Origin: Lytechinus pictus
Taxonomy: Eukaryota
Length of the DNA stretch: 64,000 nt
Assembly: GCF_037042905.1 (NCBI RefSeq)
Contig: NC_087245.1
Location: 23,500,001-23,564,000 of the forward strand
Reading direction: 5' to 3'
A program made the position numbers and the translations under genes. Shown here in pieces: positions 28,199-40,897 of the stretch. Numbering within the stretch: the first letter of the stretch is position 1; each line of letters starts with the position of its first letter. The notes under the pieces are model-generated. The model had not been told where the DNA came from. It saw only the letters and a program-made list of their open reading frames with translations, and searched no databases.

Positions 28199-28468
28199 TT
28201 AAGCGTTGCCCCTGTCCGTCCCCCCACTTGGTTTCTGCGCAATAACTCGAAAAATATTTAATGGATTTAAAAAAAATTTGGTGTGTAGGTAGATGACCAC
28301 AAAATACAGGCTAAGTTCGAATTCGGTGTACGCAGGTCAAAGGTCACATCTCATTATATATGCAAGTCGGTTCAAAGGTCTAAATTTGTTAATTAATTAT
28401 ATATATGCATATTGGTTTCTGCATGATATTAAGTTCAAACATATTGAATGGATTTCTGATCGCGTTAA

Positions 28469-29056
28469 AGGGGAATCCAGCCTTGGCCATTAAATGTTGT
28501 GTTGGGAAGGAGAAAAATAAATTAAACAGAATGGTGAAAGTTTGAAAGAAATCGGACAAGCAATAAGAAAGTTATAGCTGCTTTAAAATTGAGATCACTA
28601 ATACTATGTAGATTTCAAATTGGCAACTGGATAAGTAAATTATGACAAGGGCAAGGACAACTTTCCCATAGGCCATGTACTTTATTATCAGGGATTAGTG
28701 GTTTTCTCCTAAGTACCCATTCCCCTGGGGCATTAATCTAAATATAACCCAGGTAGTATATTGTTTTATGTCCTCATGAAAGAAAAATATTAATTTGAAA
28801 TAAAACTTTTGGGAAAAAAAAATCACATTTTCGACATAATATGAATTGGAGTACATGGAAGAGTAGTCCTTGCCTTACATCCCATATGCAGCCAATTTGA
28901 AGTCTCCATGGGTACAGTGATTACCAATATTTACAACTTTTAAAAATTCATAACTTTCTTGTTGTTTGTCCAATATTGTTCAAACTTTCACCTATCAACT
29001 TGTCTGATTTTTCTTTTCCTTATAAAAACAATTTTTTATTTGGGTTGGATTCCCCT
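28469..29056. mobile_element. Kolobok-type MITE, family B, left-arm-specific
   Basis: TTAA|AGGGGAATCCAGCC ... GGTTGGATTCCCCT|TTAA; empty TTAA site in the right arm (~39188); near-identical copy at 55516-56110 in the opposite orientation. Confidence 0.9.
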
Positions 29057-29146
29057 TTAAGCGGGGGCATCCGTGTCCTTTGGACACGTCAAATTTTCTT
29101 AATCATGTGTAATTGATTTTATGACATGTGTTTACATTTGCTGCAG

Positions 29147-29356
29147 ATTCCCATTCAGCCGTTGGACTGAACCTGTACTGTCTGTAACACAGTATGGATG
29201 GTCAATATGAAGCGAGCTTCATTGAATTCCTCCAAGAGCTCTGTACTCCGTTCTGATCATTTTGAAGATGGTTGCTTTGACAGGACTGGGCAAGTGACTC
29301 GTCTTAGACAGGATGCTGTCCCAACCATGTTTGATTTCCTGCCTCGTCTTCAGAAG
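29147..29356 (+). pseudogene. THAP zinc-finger exon (decayed), left arm
   Basis: Bounded by CAG| and |GT. Encodes FPFSR..[frameshift]..VWMVNMKRASLNSSKSSVLRSDHFEDGCFDRTGQVTRLRQDAVPTMFDFLPRLQK, with the THAP FP, W, (C)SxHF and AVPTxF motifs. The zinc-ligand Cys reads Arg (CGT). Confidence 0.85.
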
Positions 29357-29574
29357 GTACAGTAGATCTATATCATACATGTGTTCTAAAGAAATATTTT
29401 CTCTGTATTATCTACCTTTGGTTTGATAGAACATTGCTTTAAATATTCCATTTTCAGTAGCCAAATAGAGATGAAAATTATCCTATTTGGGAGGGTAACC
29501 ATGGACCTGGGCCTATACTGTGTATTTACAGTAAACTCTTACTAAATGAACAAATATATTAAAAATTTGGTTTA

Positions 29575-30956
29575 CCCTACATAATAATCCTGGGCTACTT
29601 TGAGATTGCATAGCCCGGGGGGGGGGCCTTTTTGGTCCCCCTCTTCAGATCTCCATGCACTGTCGATCGCAACGAAAACCGATGCACACGTCACCATCAA
29701 TGTAATCTGCAAGCATGGAGCTCGACATTTTTCACGATAAATCCGTCGCGCGAATTTTTTTGACCGCGTCACTCGTTGACTTTTTACTTTCAAGTCTTGC
29801 GCAACTTTTGAGACCAAAATTGTGACCCCCAGGTACAGGGTTCCGAAATTACGCAAAATTTCGTAACTGCATGCAGAACCAAAATTGCTCAAAAACGTGT
29901 ATTTGTGTACAAATCCAATGCAAGTAGTGTTTTTAGCCAAAATTTATAAAATGTATAATATTTTTCCTTTAACTGCTCAAAATCAATTAATTTTATCTTG
30001 TTTATGATAAAAAAAAACGTCTCCGACAATTTCCATTGAAAAAACCATAAAAAACAAAAAGTCGAAAAACACAGAAATACATAAGAAATTTAGAAAACAA
30101 TAAAATACATAAAAAATGAATGTGATGTTGACAACTTTTTTAAAGATTAATTTAATCAGATGCCTATAAAGAGTAAGTGAAACAAAAATGAGCATTTTAG
30201 GGGCATTATTTTGTTAATTAGAGCAAACTTATGATTTTACGCATTAATTAACATAGCAATGAGCAATGAGATTTTTCGCAGATTTTGATATTATGGTATT
30301 GTAGATAATGCCATGGGTAACGCGCGTGCCAATTTTCGTCGCGATTGCGAGATCAACGGCCGAGATCATAAGGGGGGCTGAATCAGCCCCCCCCCCCCCC
30401 GTCTTCTTAGGCATCGAAATAGCCCAGTCTATTTAGGGTTAAAGATAAATCCCTAAATAATTCCCCAAATTCTATGATTTCTAAACAAATGTGCTCCTGA
30501 AGAAATGGTAAATCTAATTTCTACTTTTATGTATTTTATTGCATGGTTCTATAATTCCATACGTATTTCTTTGTTTTGGGGCCTTATGTATTTTATAGTT
30601 TTTTTTCAATGGGATCACTTCGTGGCACTATTCCAATTATAAAAAGCAAGATTTGATTATTTTCAACCAATTAGTGCAAGAATAATGATGCATTTGTCAA
30701 TTATGACTGAAAATAGAATTTCCATTGGATTAAATATGTATACAAAATAATATTTTTGAGCAATTTTCGGTCCAACATGAACTCATAAAATGTTGCGTAA
30801 CTGCGTATCTGGGCGTCTCGAATTTTGTCTAAAAGCTCTGCGAGAATTGAACGAAAAAAAAAATGGTGGTACCTCGTTTCTCATTGTGGACTTATCGTGA
30901 AAAATGTGGATGGGGGGGCTTATTAAGCCCCCCCCCCCCCCCGGGGCTAGATAGGG
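29575..30956. mobile_element. piggyBac-type MITE shared by both arms (left copy), intronic to the THAP pseudogene
   Basis: TTTA|CCCTA ... ATAGGG|TTAA; mirror copy at 37103-38675. Confidence 0.7.
29723..30438. mobile_element. One-ended piggyBac-type MITE nested in the left arm
   Basis: Ends ...TATTTAGGG|TTAA; body similar to 27425-28198; replaces ~90 bp that are present in the right arm (~38440-38530). Confidence 0.7.
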
Positions 30957-31147
30957 TTAATATATCATCATGAATATTTAAAAAAACATTTATTTTGTTG
31001 CAAGTCACTGGAAAAGGTTTGATTTCTAAATAAATATTATTCTTCATGCATTATCGAATATTTAATTGAAAAATTTAAAGTTATCTTTTCATTCTTGTAT
31101 CTGTTTTTGTTCAATATTTTTTTTTTAAATTCATTCGTCTCGTACAG

Positions 31148-31380
31148 AATTCACCAAACCAAGGAATTCCCCGAAAGAAAGATGTTTTGATTCAGCAAAC
31201 AACCTCCCAGATACTGCAAAGACACCTGTACCAAAGTCTTCAGCACCTTTATTTCTCAAGGACCACTCCTACTCAATATCAGAAAGTCCAAGAGGGGTAA
31301 AGTGGAAGTTAACAGCAATAATGGACTGTATTAAGAACTTGGAGAAGAGGCTGAAAACCACACACGAGAAGTCCCGCCGT
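31148..31380 (+). pseudogene. Downstream exon of the THAP gene: HCF-binding motif plus coiled coil (decayed), left arm
   Basis: Follows a CAG acceptor. One frame reads FTKPRNSPKER...FLKDHSYSISESPRGVKWKLTAIMDCIKNLEKRLKTTHEKSRR. DHSY fits the [D/E]HxY motif followed by a coiled coil, as in THAP proteins. Out of phase by 1 nt with the previous exon. Confidence 0.75.
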
Positions 31381-31664
31381 GTACATTACTTGCTCTTAAG
31401 TTTGGACAAACATAACTTGCAAAACTTTACAACAAATAATTACCCCAATGTGCATTCTGATTATTTAAAATAGCTCAATGAAAATGTTTATCAGTGGGCA
31501 TGTAACAAAAGTGAATTCATTAAATTTGAACGTGTTGCAAAAATGATGTCTTACAGTATATTCATTCTGACTTAGAATGTCAGAAGAAAAAAAGTTTGTG
31601 AAAAGTAGGAATGACGGCAAGATGACAGAAGAATAGAACAGGATAGAGCAAGGGGGACAGATAA

Positions 31665-32266
31665 AGGACAAGTCCACCCCAAAAATTGTTGATATGAATA
31701 AAAAGAGAAAAATCCAACAAGCATATAACACTGAAAATTTGATAAAAAATCGGATGTAAAATAAGAAAGTTATGACATTTAAAAATTTTGCTAAATTTTA
31801 CAAAAGAGTTATATGCACATTCTGTACACAGTCGGTATGCAAATGAGGAGACTGATGACGTCATCCACTCACTATTTCATTTGATATATAGAATAAGGTA
31901 TATTCTAATTTTCTCCTTGTCATGTTAAACAAAATTTTATTCCTCCCTGATCATGTGGAATTAGCATTATTCAATACTTTTTTGGTTCAGTAAAGTTTGT
32001 CCTTATGGTAAAATCTGTAAAAAATGAAATATTGTATAATTCAAACAATAAAAAACAAAATAAACAGTGAGTGAGGGACATTATCGACTGTCTCATTTGC
32101 ATGTCACTGAGTTGTGAATATTTTTGTTTTGTGAAAAATAAGTGAAAATTTAAAATGCCATAACTTTCTTAGTTTACATCCGATTTTGATGAAATTTGCA
32201 GCGTTATGCTAGTTCGATTTTTCTCAATTTAACTGAACCAACAATTTTCTTGGGTAGACTTGACCT
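31665..32266. mobile_element. Kolobok-type MITE, family A, left-arm-specific
   Basis: AGGACAAGTCCACCCC...GGGTAGACTTGACCT; absent at the mirror site (~36395). Confidence 0.85.
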
Positions 32267-32919
32267 TTACTAATGAGCTGTTGGATAGAGACAAAAATAT
32301 GAATTGAGATTGAGGGTGATAGAGAAAGAGAGACAGGTGTGGGGGAGCCTTTGATGAATGCCTGAGAAGGCGAACATTACCATAATTTTTTTTTGAGGAT
32401 TTGGACAGTAATGAATAGTACATGTTTTTTCTGTTGGTATTTCTCAAAATATGTGTATGTTGTATGTAATGAAATGGGTATAATCCTTTTGTAAGATACA
32501 CTCATTCAGAAAATATTAACTAAACAAAAAAAAAAGCCAAATTATATTTTACTTATTTTCAACTGTTCAGACACTCTCATATCAAAAGTACCCCCCCCCC
32601 CCCCTCATTTCAAGGTATTGGAGAGAGAGAGAGGTTGGATGAGAAATGGATTGGCTGTCTGCAGAAAAAATGCAGGGGGAGCAAAACATTTTTAGGATAT
32701 GTTCAAGGGAGCGAAGCGACCGAGCAGAAAAATTATTCTGGGGATATATGTGAGAGAGCAAAGTGACGAGAAGAACAAATGCAGGGGCCAAAATATTTCG
32801 AGAATATGTGAGAGGGAGCAAAGTGACCAAGCAGAGGTAAAAGGAAAGAGGGACAAAAATTGTGGTATGTGTGAGGGAGCAAAGCATCCGATAAAAAAAA
32901 CCAGAAAGCAGGTCAATCA

Positions 32920-35322
32920 AAATATTTTTCGAATTTGTGCTGGTGCGCGACACGTTCACTCCCGAGCGATAGGGACTTGTTTAAAAATGGCATAGGAAAT
33001 ATCTGTTTTCTATAATCATGGTATACTGATAATATGGTAGAATTTAGGTGTTGTAAGAGTTAAATTCTGAATGAACTGTATTGGCTGGTTAGACATGCGC
33101 AGAGGATTATTTGTCTTTATCCATTTTTATTTTCACATTTTTCTTTTGTTTGATTTTATTTTCCAGGGGGTAAGCCCCCTCCCCCCCTCCCCCCGTTCCT
33201 GTGGATACCAATGGGGCGGGGGCTTGGAATAGTGCAAGTTAGAGAGGGTGAATCTGAACTTTATAGATATCAAAAGAGAAAGAAAGAATTGTAAAATGAA
33301 AATGAATAAAAACAAAGATAGAGAGGGGGAGAGTGAGAAAGCAGGTGAACTTTCGAGGGGCATTAAAAAGTCTCAGATTAAAAACAACATTTTTGTTTTT
33401 GTAATTGTTTATTTTATTTACCCAGGGTCAGTCAAAATATTTTGGAATATGTGCGAGGGAGCGACACATTCACTCCCGAGCGGTAGGGACTTGTTTTAGG
33501 AAACATGCGTTTTCTAAGAATGGTAAACGCATATTTTAAGGTAAATTGCCAATTCGTCTACTGCCATACAGTCCACTCACCACATGGTCTACCTTCATTT
33601 TGTCTATAAATGCCATTTCGTCCAATAGCAATTTCGTTTACCACCCATTTAGTCTAATTCTATTAAGGCTAATGCCATCTCCATTAATCAGTTCGTCCAA
33701 TGTTCATTTAGTCCAAGCCATGTTGGCTAATATCAGTTGGTCCAATATCCAAATTATCTACCGGATAATTGTCATTTCGTCTATCATTTCGTCCACCACC
33801 CATTAGGTCCAATAATCAGTTTGTCTAACAACCAAATCGCCCAGTTCGTCCAATTCTCAAATCGTCCAATAGTCATTTATTCTAACAGCCAATTGGTCCA
33901 ATAGCCATGTTGTCTAATATAAATATAATGCATCATCCGGGGGGGGGACGAAATTACTTCTTAAATATACCTTGAAATTCCTGAAGATAAAAAAATATAT
34001 AACTAGGCCTGCTATCAGGAATGGAATGATGCGGTACAGCATGCAGCCTCCTACCCATCCCCCCTGCTCTCTCTACCACATCACGCACACAAAAGGGGGA
34101 ATTGGAGTGGTTAAAAATTATAAAATTGAAATAGGGTCCTTTGATTTGGAATTTACCCTCATTTCTTTTTTTTAACAAATGCACACCTAAAAATGATAAT
34201 CATCACTCATCATATAACAATGATAATAATTGTAATAATAGTAATTAATGATAGTACTAATAAACAAGAAATGTACTATAATAATAACGATAACAGCCTT
34301 GGACGGTACAAAAAAATAAAAAAGAGAGAAAAGTGGGAAAGGATGGGGAGAACATTACATAAAAACATAAAATGTATTACAATGGAGCTTAAAAAAACAC
34401 TAATAAAAGATTAATCAAACGACAGGTGTAAATTAATAACAAATCACAAAGCAACAGGAGTCGAGGTAGCAATACACAGGCACCAAACTAGAAGGACTGC
34501 TAGTAGTAGACTATTCCTATTTGATTGTAGACGAAACAAATATTGACCGGGATGGCAATTGGACCCATTGATGATTAGACCAAATGATTGTTAGATGAAA
34601 TGGGTTTAGACTAAGTGACAGTGGATCAACTGCAGTTGGACAAAATAGAACATAGACAAAATGTAAGTAGACTAAGTGGTCAGTGGCCATTTGCCCTTAG
34701 ACCAATTGGCTATTGGACTAAATGGTAATAGACATAATGAAAATGGACAAAGTGGCTATTGGACAAATTGGCCAAAAATGCAATTAGACCAAATGAAAGT
34801 AGACAAATTGGTTATTAGACGAACTAGCTATTGGACAAAATGGTAATTGGAAGATGTGGAAAAGGAACAACTTATGGTAGATGAAATGACATACCATTTG
34901 GTGAGTGGACAAAATGGCAGTAGACGAAATGGCAATAAACCTATTATAGGCCTACGGTAGAATTTAGGTGTTTTACGAGTCAAATTCTGAATGAACTGTA
35001 TTGGCTGGTAAGACATGCGGCAAGGATCTGTGTCTCTTATCCATTTTTATTTTTCACATTTCTTTTGTTTGATTTCAGTTTTCAGGGGAAGCCCACCCCC
35101 CCCCTCCTGTGGAAGCCAGTGGGGCTGGGGCTTAGAATAGTGCACGATAGAAAGGGAAAAACCGAAACTTTAGATATCAAAAGAGAAACAAAGAATTGTA
35201 AAAATGAAAACAAAGATAAAGAGAGAGCGGGTGAGCTTTCGAGGGGCATAAGAAAGTCTGAGATTAGAAACATCATTTTTATTTATTTCTTTATTCATTT
35301 ATTCTGTTTTATTTACCCAGGG
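32920..35322. repeat. ~510-bp tandem duplication next to the loop, second copy split by a foldback MITE
   Basis: 32920-33425 recurs as 33430-33539 plus 34942-35322 (e.g. GGTAGAATTTAGGTG, AATTCTGAATGAACTGTATTGGCTGGT). Confidence 0.75.
33540..34941. mobile_element. Foldback MITE with tandem-repeat TIRs (MULE/TU-like)
   Basis: GGTAAATTGCCAATTCGTCTACTGCCAT ... ATGGCAGTAGACGAAATGGCAATAAACC; arms built from ~15-16-bp CATTTCGTCCAA-like units; degenerate ~8-bp flanking duplication; absent at the mirror site (~35650). Confidence 0.75.
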
Positions 35323-36678
35323 TAGCCTCTTCAGTACAAAACTGCTTTACAAGAGAGCACTGCACATCTAAATGTATTTATCAGCATTAATAGTTCATAC
35401 ATAATTTTTTAAATGAGCGCGAAGCTCAGGATAATGTTTGATATTCCAACCAGAAAAATTTGCATTTTAAGCATATAATCCCCTGCCCCATTGGCATCCA
35501 CAGGAGGGTGGGCCTTTCTGCCTGGAAACTGAAATCAAAAGAAAAGTGTGGAAAATGGATGAAAGACAAAGATCCTCTGCGCATGTCTTACCAGCAAATG
35601 CAGCTCATTCAGAATCTAACTCTTAGAGCACCTAAATTCTACCGTAGGCCTACAATATGTGTTTACCATGCTTAGAAAACGCATATTTCTTAAGCTATTT
35701 TTAAACAAGTCCCTACTGCTCAAGAGTGAACAAGTCGCTTCCTCACACATATTCGAAAATATTTTAACCTGCTTTTTTTTATCGGTTGCTTTGTTCCCTC
35801 ACATACCCCAACAATTTTATGTCCTCTACATTTCTTCTGCTTGGTCACTTCGCTCCCTCTCACATATTCCCCAAATCTCTTGTCCCTTGCATTTTTCTTC
35901 TCTGTCATTTTGCTCTCTCGCATATATTACAAAATAATTTTCTGCTGTCGCTTCGCTCCCTTGCACATATCCCAAAAATGTTTTGCCCCCCCCCCCCGTA
36001 TTTTTTTTTCTGCAGACAGCCATGTCCCGTTCATACTCTCTCTCCAATACATTGAAATGATGGGGGGGGGGGGCACTTTGGATATGAGAGTTACTGAACA
36101 ATTGAAAATCAGTGAATTATTTGGCTTTTTTTTCTTTTGTTTAGTTAATATTTTCTGTGTGAGTGAAACTTCCGAAGGATTATACCGTTTCGTTACATAA
36201 AACATACAAGTATTTTGAGAAATACCAACAGAAAAAAAAAACCCAGATTCTTCCTGACTGTTCAAATCCTTAAAAAAATTATGGTAATCTTCGCTTTCTC
36301 AGGCATTGATCACAGGCTCCCCCAACACCCGTCTCTCTTTCTCTATCACCCCCATTCTTAATTCATCTTTTTGTCTCTATCCAACAGCTCATTCATAACT
36401 ATCGCCTTGTTCTATCCTGTTCTATTCTTCTGTCAGCTTGCTGTCATTCCTACTTTTCACAAACTTTTTTCTCTTCTGACATTCTAAGTCAGAATGAATA
36501 TACTGTAAGACATCATTTTTGCATCACGTTCAAATTTAATGAATGCACTTTTGTTACATGCCCAGTGGTAAACTTTTTCATTGAGCTATTTTAAATAATC
36601 AGAATGCACATTGGGGTAATTATTTGTTGTAAAGTTTTGCGAGTCATGTTTGTCCAAACTTAAGAGCAAGTAATGTAC

Positions 36679-36894
36679 ACGGCGGGACTTCTGCTGTGTG
36701 GTTTCAGCCTCTTCTCCAAGTTTTTAATAGTCCATTATTGCTGTTATCTTCCACTTTACCCCTCTTGGACTTTCTGATATTGAGTAGGAGTGGTCCTCGA
36801 GAAATGAAGGTGCTGAAGACTTTGCAGTATCTGGGAGGTTGTTTGCTGAATCAAAACGTCTTTCTTTCAGGGAATTCCTTGGCTTGGGTGAATT
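36679..36894 (-). pseudogene. Mirror copy of the THAP-gene DHSY/coiled-coil exon, right arm
   Basis: Reverse complement of 31148-31380 with a small deletion and substitutions. Confidence 0.75.
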
Positions 36895-37102
36895 CTGTAC
36901 GAGATGAATGAATTAAAAAAAAGAAACATATAAGAAATATTGAACAAAAACAGATAGAAGAATGAAAAGATAGCTTTAAATTTTTCAATTAAATATTCGA
37001 TAATACATGAAGAATAATATTTATTTAGGAATCAAACCTTTTCCAGTGACTTGCAACAAAATAAATGTTTTTTTTTTATTAATATTCATGATGATATATT
37101 AA

Positions 37103-38675
37103 CCCTATCTAGCCCCTCGGGGGGGGGCTTACTAAGCCCCCCTCCCATCCACATATTTCACGATAAGTCCACAATGAGAAACGAGGTACCATTATTTTTT
37201 TTCCGTTCAATTCTCGCAGAGCTTTTGAGAGACCAAATTCGAGACGCCTAGATACGCAGTTACGCAACATTTTATGAGTTTATGTTGGACCAAAAATTGC
37301 TAAAAAATATTATTTTGTATACATAAGTAATCCAATGGAAATTCCATTTTCAGTCATAATTGACAAAGGCATCATTATTCTTGCACTGATTGGTTAAAAA
37401 TAATCAAATCTTTGCTTTTTATAATGGGAATAGTACCACGAAGTGATCTCATTGAAAAACAAGTGGAACGCCTCTGGCAGTCTCGCCTGCATTACGCAAT
37501 TTAATATAGCAGCAGTGCTAACTTTGAAAACTACTATAAAATAATCATTCACAAGAACATCATTCATATAATGACATAATACCACGTTCATTGACCATAA
37601 ATGACATTTGAACGGAGACTTAAAAGACTGTCAACTACACCCATGTCCACATTTCATTCACTCTATCCATGAACTTTCAAAGTTATGATGGCACTTCAAC
37701 AATTACCCCAACATGGCCTAAGTTTATTGACCTTAACTGACCTTTGACTTGGTTTTGTGACCTGAAACTCACAGGGGATGTTCAGTGATGCTTGATTACT
37801 CTTATATCCCAAGTTTTATGAACTAGATCCATAAACTTTCAGAGCTAGGATGGTAATTTAACATATACCCCCAACACGGCCAAAGTTCATTGACCTTAAA
37901 TGACCATTCACCATGGTCATGTGACCTGAAACTCGCACAGGATATTCAGTGGTACTTGATTAACCTGATGTCCAAGTTTCATGAACTAAATCCATAAATT
38001 TTCAAAGTTATGATAGTAATTCAACAAATACCCCCAACTTGACCAAAGTTCATTGACCCTAAATGACCTTTGACCTTGGTCACGTGACCTGAAACTAAAG
38101 CAGGATGTTCACTAATACTTGATTAACCTTATTCCCAAGTTTCATGAACTAGGTCCATATACTTTCTAAGTTATGATGTCATTTCAAAAACTTAACCTTA
38201 GGTTAAGATTTGATGTTGACGCCGCCGCCGCCGTCGGAAAAGCGGCGCCTATAGTCTCGCTCTGCTATGCAGGCGAGACAAATACCAATAAAATACATAA
38301 GGCCCCAAAACTAAGAAATACGTATGGAATTATAAAACCAATAAAATACATAAGATTAGAAATTTGATTTACCATTTTTTTCAGGAGCACATTTGTTTAG
38401 AAATCATAGAATTTGGGGAATTATTTAGAGATTTACCTTTAAAGCAGAGAATTCTATATTTAGGCATAAATTAGCATTATTAATTTATTAAAAATAAATT
38501 TAAATTCTGTAAAATCAGCGATACACCCTTAGCTCCATGCTTGCAGATTACATTGATGGTGACGTGTGCATTGGTTTTCGTTGCGATCGACGGAGATCTG
38601 AAGAGGGGGACCAAAAAGCCCCCCCCCCCCCACGGGCTATGCAATTTAAAAGTAGCCCAGGATTATTATGTAGGG
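37103..38675. mobile_element. piggyBac-type MITE shared by both arms (right copy)
   Basis: TTAA|CCCTATCTAGCCCC ... TAGGG|TAAA; mirror of 29575-30956. Confidence 0.7.
37459..38280 (-). mobile_element. HINE/Helentron-like element, right-arm-specific
   Basis: GTCTCGCCTGCA / TGCAGGCGAGAC subterminal inverted repeats; ~170-bp tandem TGACCTTTGACCT-containing units; inserted in an A/T run without a clear TSD; absent at the mirror site (~30600). Confidence 0.8.
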
Positions 38676-38895
38676 TAAACCAAATTTTTAATATATATTT
38701 GTTCATTTAGTAAGAGTTTACTGTAAATACACTGTAAAGGCCCAGGTCCATGGTTAGCCTCCCAAATAGGATAATTTTCATCTCTATTTGGCTACTGAAA
38801 ATGGAATATTTAAAGCAATGTTCTATCAAACCAAAGGTAGATAATACAGAGAAAATATTTCTTTAGAACACATGTATGATATAGATCTACTCTAC

Positions 38896-39101
38896 CTTCT
38901 GAAGATGAGGCAGGAAATCAAATATGGTTGGGACAGCATCCTGTCTAAGACGAGTCACTTGCCCAGTCCTGTCAAAGCAACCATCTTCAAAATGAGCAAA
39001 ACGGAGTACAGAGCTCTTGGAGGAATTCAATGAAGCTCGCTTCATATTGACCATCCATACTGTGTTACAGTATCTGTTCAGTCCAACAGCTGAATGGGAA
39101 T
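38896..39101 (-). pseudogene. THAP zinc-finger exon (decayed), right arm
   Basis: ORF 38887..39120(-) reads ...VWMVNMKRASLNSSKSSVLRFAHFEDGCFDRTGQVTRLRQDAVPTIFDFLPHLQK; same splice sites as 29147-29356. Confidence 0.85.
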
Positions 39102-39519
39102 CTGCAGCAAATGTAAACACATGTCATAAAATCAATTACACATAATTAAGAAAATTTGACGTGTCCAAAGGACACAGATGCCCCCGCTTAACGCGATCAG
39201 AAATCCATTCAATATGATTGAACTTAATATCATGCAGAAACCAATATGCATATATATATAATTAACAAATTTAGACCTTTGAACCGACTTACATATATAA
39301 TGAGATGTGACCTTTGACCTGCGGACTCCGAATTCGAACTTATCCTGTATTTTGTGGTCATCTACCTACACACGAAATTTTTTTTTAATCCATTAAATAT
39401 TTTTCGAGTTATTGCGCGGAAACCAAGTGGGGGGGGGACGGACAGGGGCAACGCTTAATGCCCCCTCTGGGCTTCGTCTGTGGGGGCATAAAAACTCTAG
39501 GCCTACATGTACTCAGCAG

Positions 39520-40897
39520 GGGCCCGTTTCTCAACACTTGGACAAGTTAGTCATATAACTTTATCTACCAAACACAGAGTTAGTTCCAATCTTACCCAAA
39601 AGGATTAACTAGAATCCATTGATATCGTATACTATTGGTGGAAAGTACATGAGACGTAGCCTTAGTCACAAAATAGCATAATTTTCAAAAAGTAAAATTA
39701 TGATAAAACATAATAATAATAATAATAATCTGCTTTTATATAGCGCTTAATACATCGGAATGACGTGTCTAAGCGCTTTACAGATATATTATTAGCCCGG
39801 TGATCGGACTCAATCAGTCATTCCCGCACACAACGTGTGCACATCCTCCACTCCTTCGGGAGTATTTCAGTCAGTCGCCGGTGAGGCGCACACTGTACTG
39901 GACAAGCTACAATGACTTTCACATCCTACCGGGTACCCATTTAGCACCTGGGTCGAGAGTGGCAAAGTGTGGATTTACGCCTTGCCAAAGGACGCCAGAC
40001 CGCGGTGGGATTCGAACACACGTCCCTCTGATTACAAGAGTGAGAACCACTACATCACAGCTCCTCCAAACTTACAATTATTGTGATGAATTTGGAAATA
40101 GATCCTATCAAAATAATAGCAGAGGCAAAATATGCATAAAAAATACTCAAACATGCAGACATGGGCATTAAATTGCCGAGGAAATGAAATTATCACTAAT
40201 TCATTTCATGACCAAAAAAAAAATCACATGTGGACGTTGAGATGGGTACCCCCAGATATAAAATTTGAATAGTTTACGTAAGTAAACCATGCAGGCTTTC
40301 TTCCTAAAATGATGATAATTATACAGGTTTTTAGGATTCCAAACACCATCAAAATATTATCATCATGAATTGTTCAACTCTTTAGATACCAAAACACACA
40401 ATTTTATAAATTCTATGCATATATTAGAGAGAGAATTTATCAAAATCTTGATAAGGGTCTGAAAGCAACGAGTACAAGTCCAATTATGGATGGCCTGAAG
40501 TGGTAGAATCTTTGTCAATTCAATTATTTTACTACTTTAAAATGAATGGTTTTGTGATTTTTTACCAACACTTAATATAATTTCTGTGCATTACAATTAC
40601 TATTGAATGATTTATCCCACTTGTTTGCAATAAAATTCATTTTCTATGAATTATTACGTAATATTATAATTTTCGAATTTCGAGGCTCATTTGAATGTCA
40701 TAGTCTACCCACATGATATCACTACGTCATTAAGAAAGAAGTTATGACAGGTTCGGAGATCTGTCATAACTATTTCGTCAAGTTGTCCCCGATCTTGGCA
40801 AAGAGGGATTCGTGAAACAGTTAGTAGACAAGTAGCTCACTATCTCCAATTTAGTTAAGAAGTTAGAAGACTTATGACGGTGTTGAGAAACGGGCCC
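39520..40897. mobile_element. PIF/Harbinger-type non-autonomous element (complete in the right arm, one-ended in the left)
   Basis: CAG|GGGCCCGTTTCTCAACAC ... GTGTTGAGAAACGGGCCC|CAG: 18-bp TIR and 3-bp CAG TSD. Confidence 0.75.
39710..40067 (-). mobile_element. tRNA-derived SINE with an L2-type tail, right-arm-specific
   Basis: Minus strand: head with B-box GTTCGAATCCC, central CCCAGGTGCTAAATGGGTACCCG, tail AAGCGCTATATAAAAGCAG(ATT)n; absent at the mirror site (~27190). Confidence 0.85.

Larger units (their letters stand above)
27388..29095 (+). mobile_element. Helentron-associated (HINE-like) element interrupted by two TTAA insertions
   Basis: 5' T-run + ATGCCCCCGC subTIR with inverted repeat; 3' GCGGGGGCAT + hairpin CGTGTCC-TTT-GGACACG; uninterrupted mirror copy at ~39155-39492. 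Confidence 0.7.
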
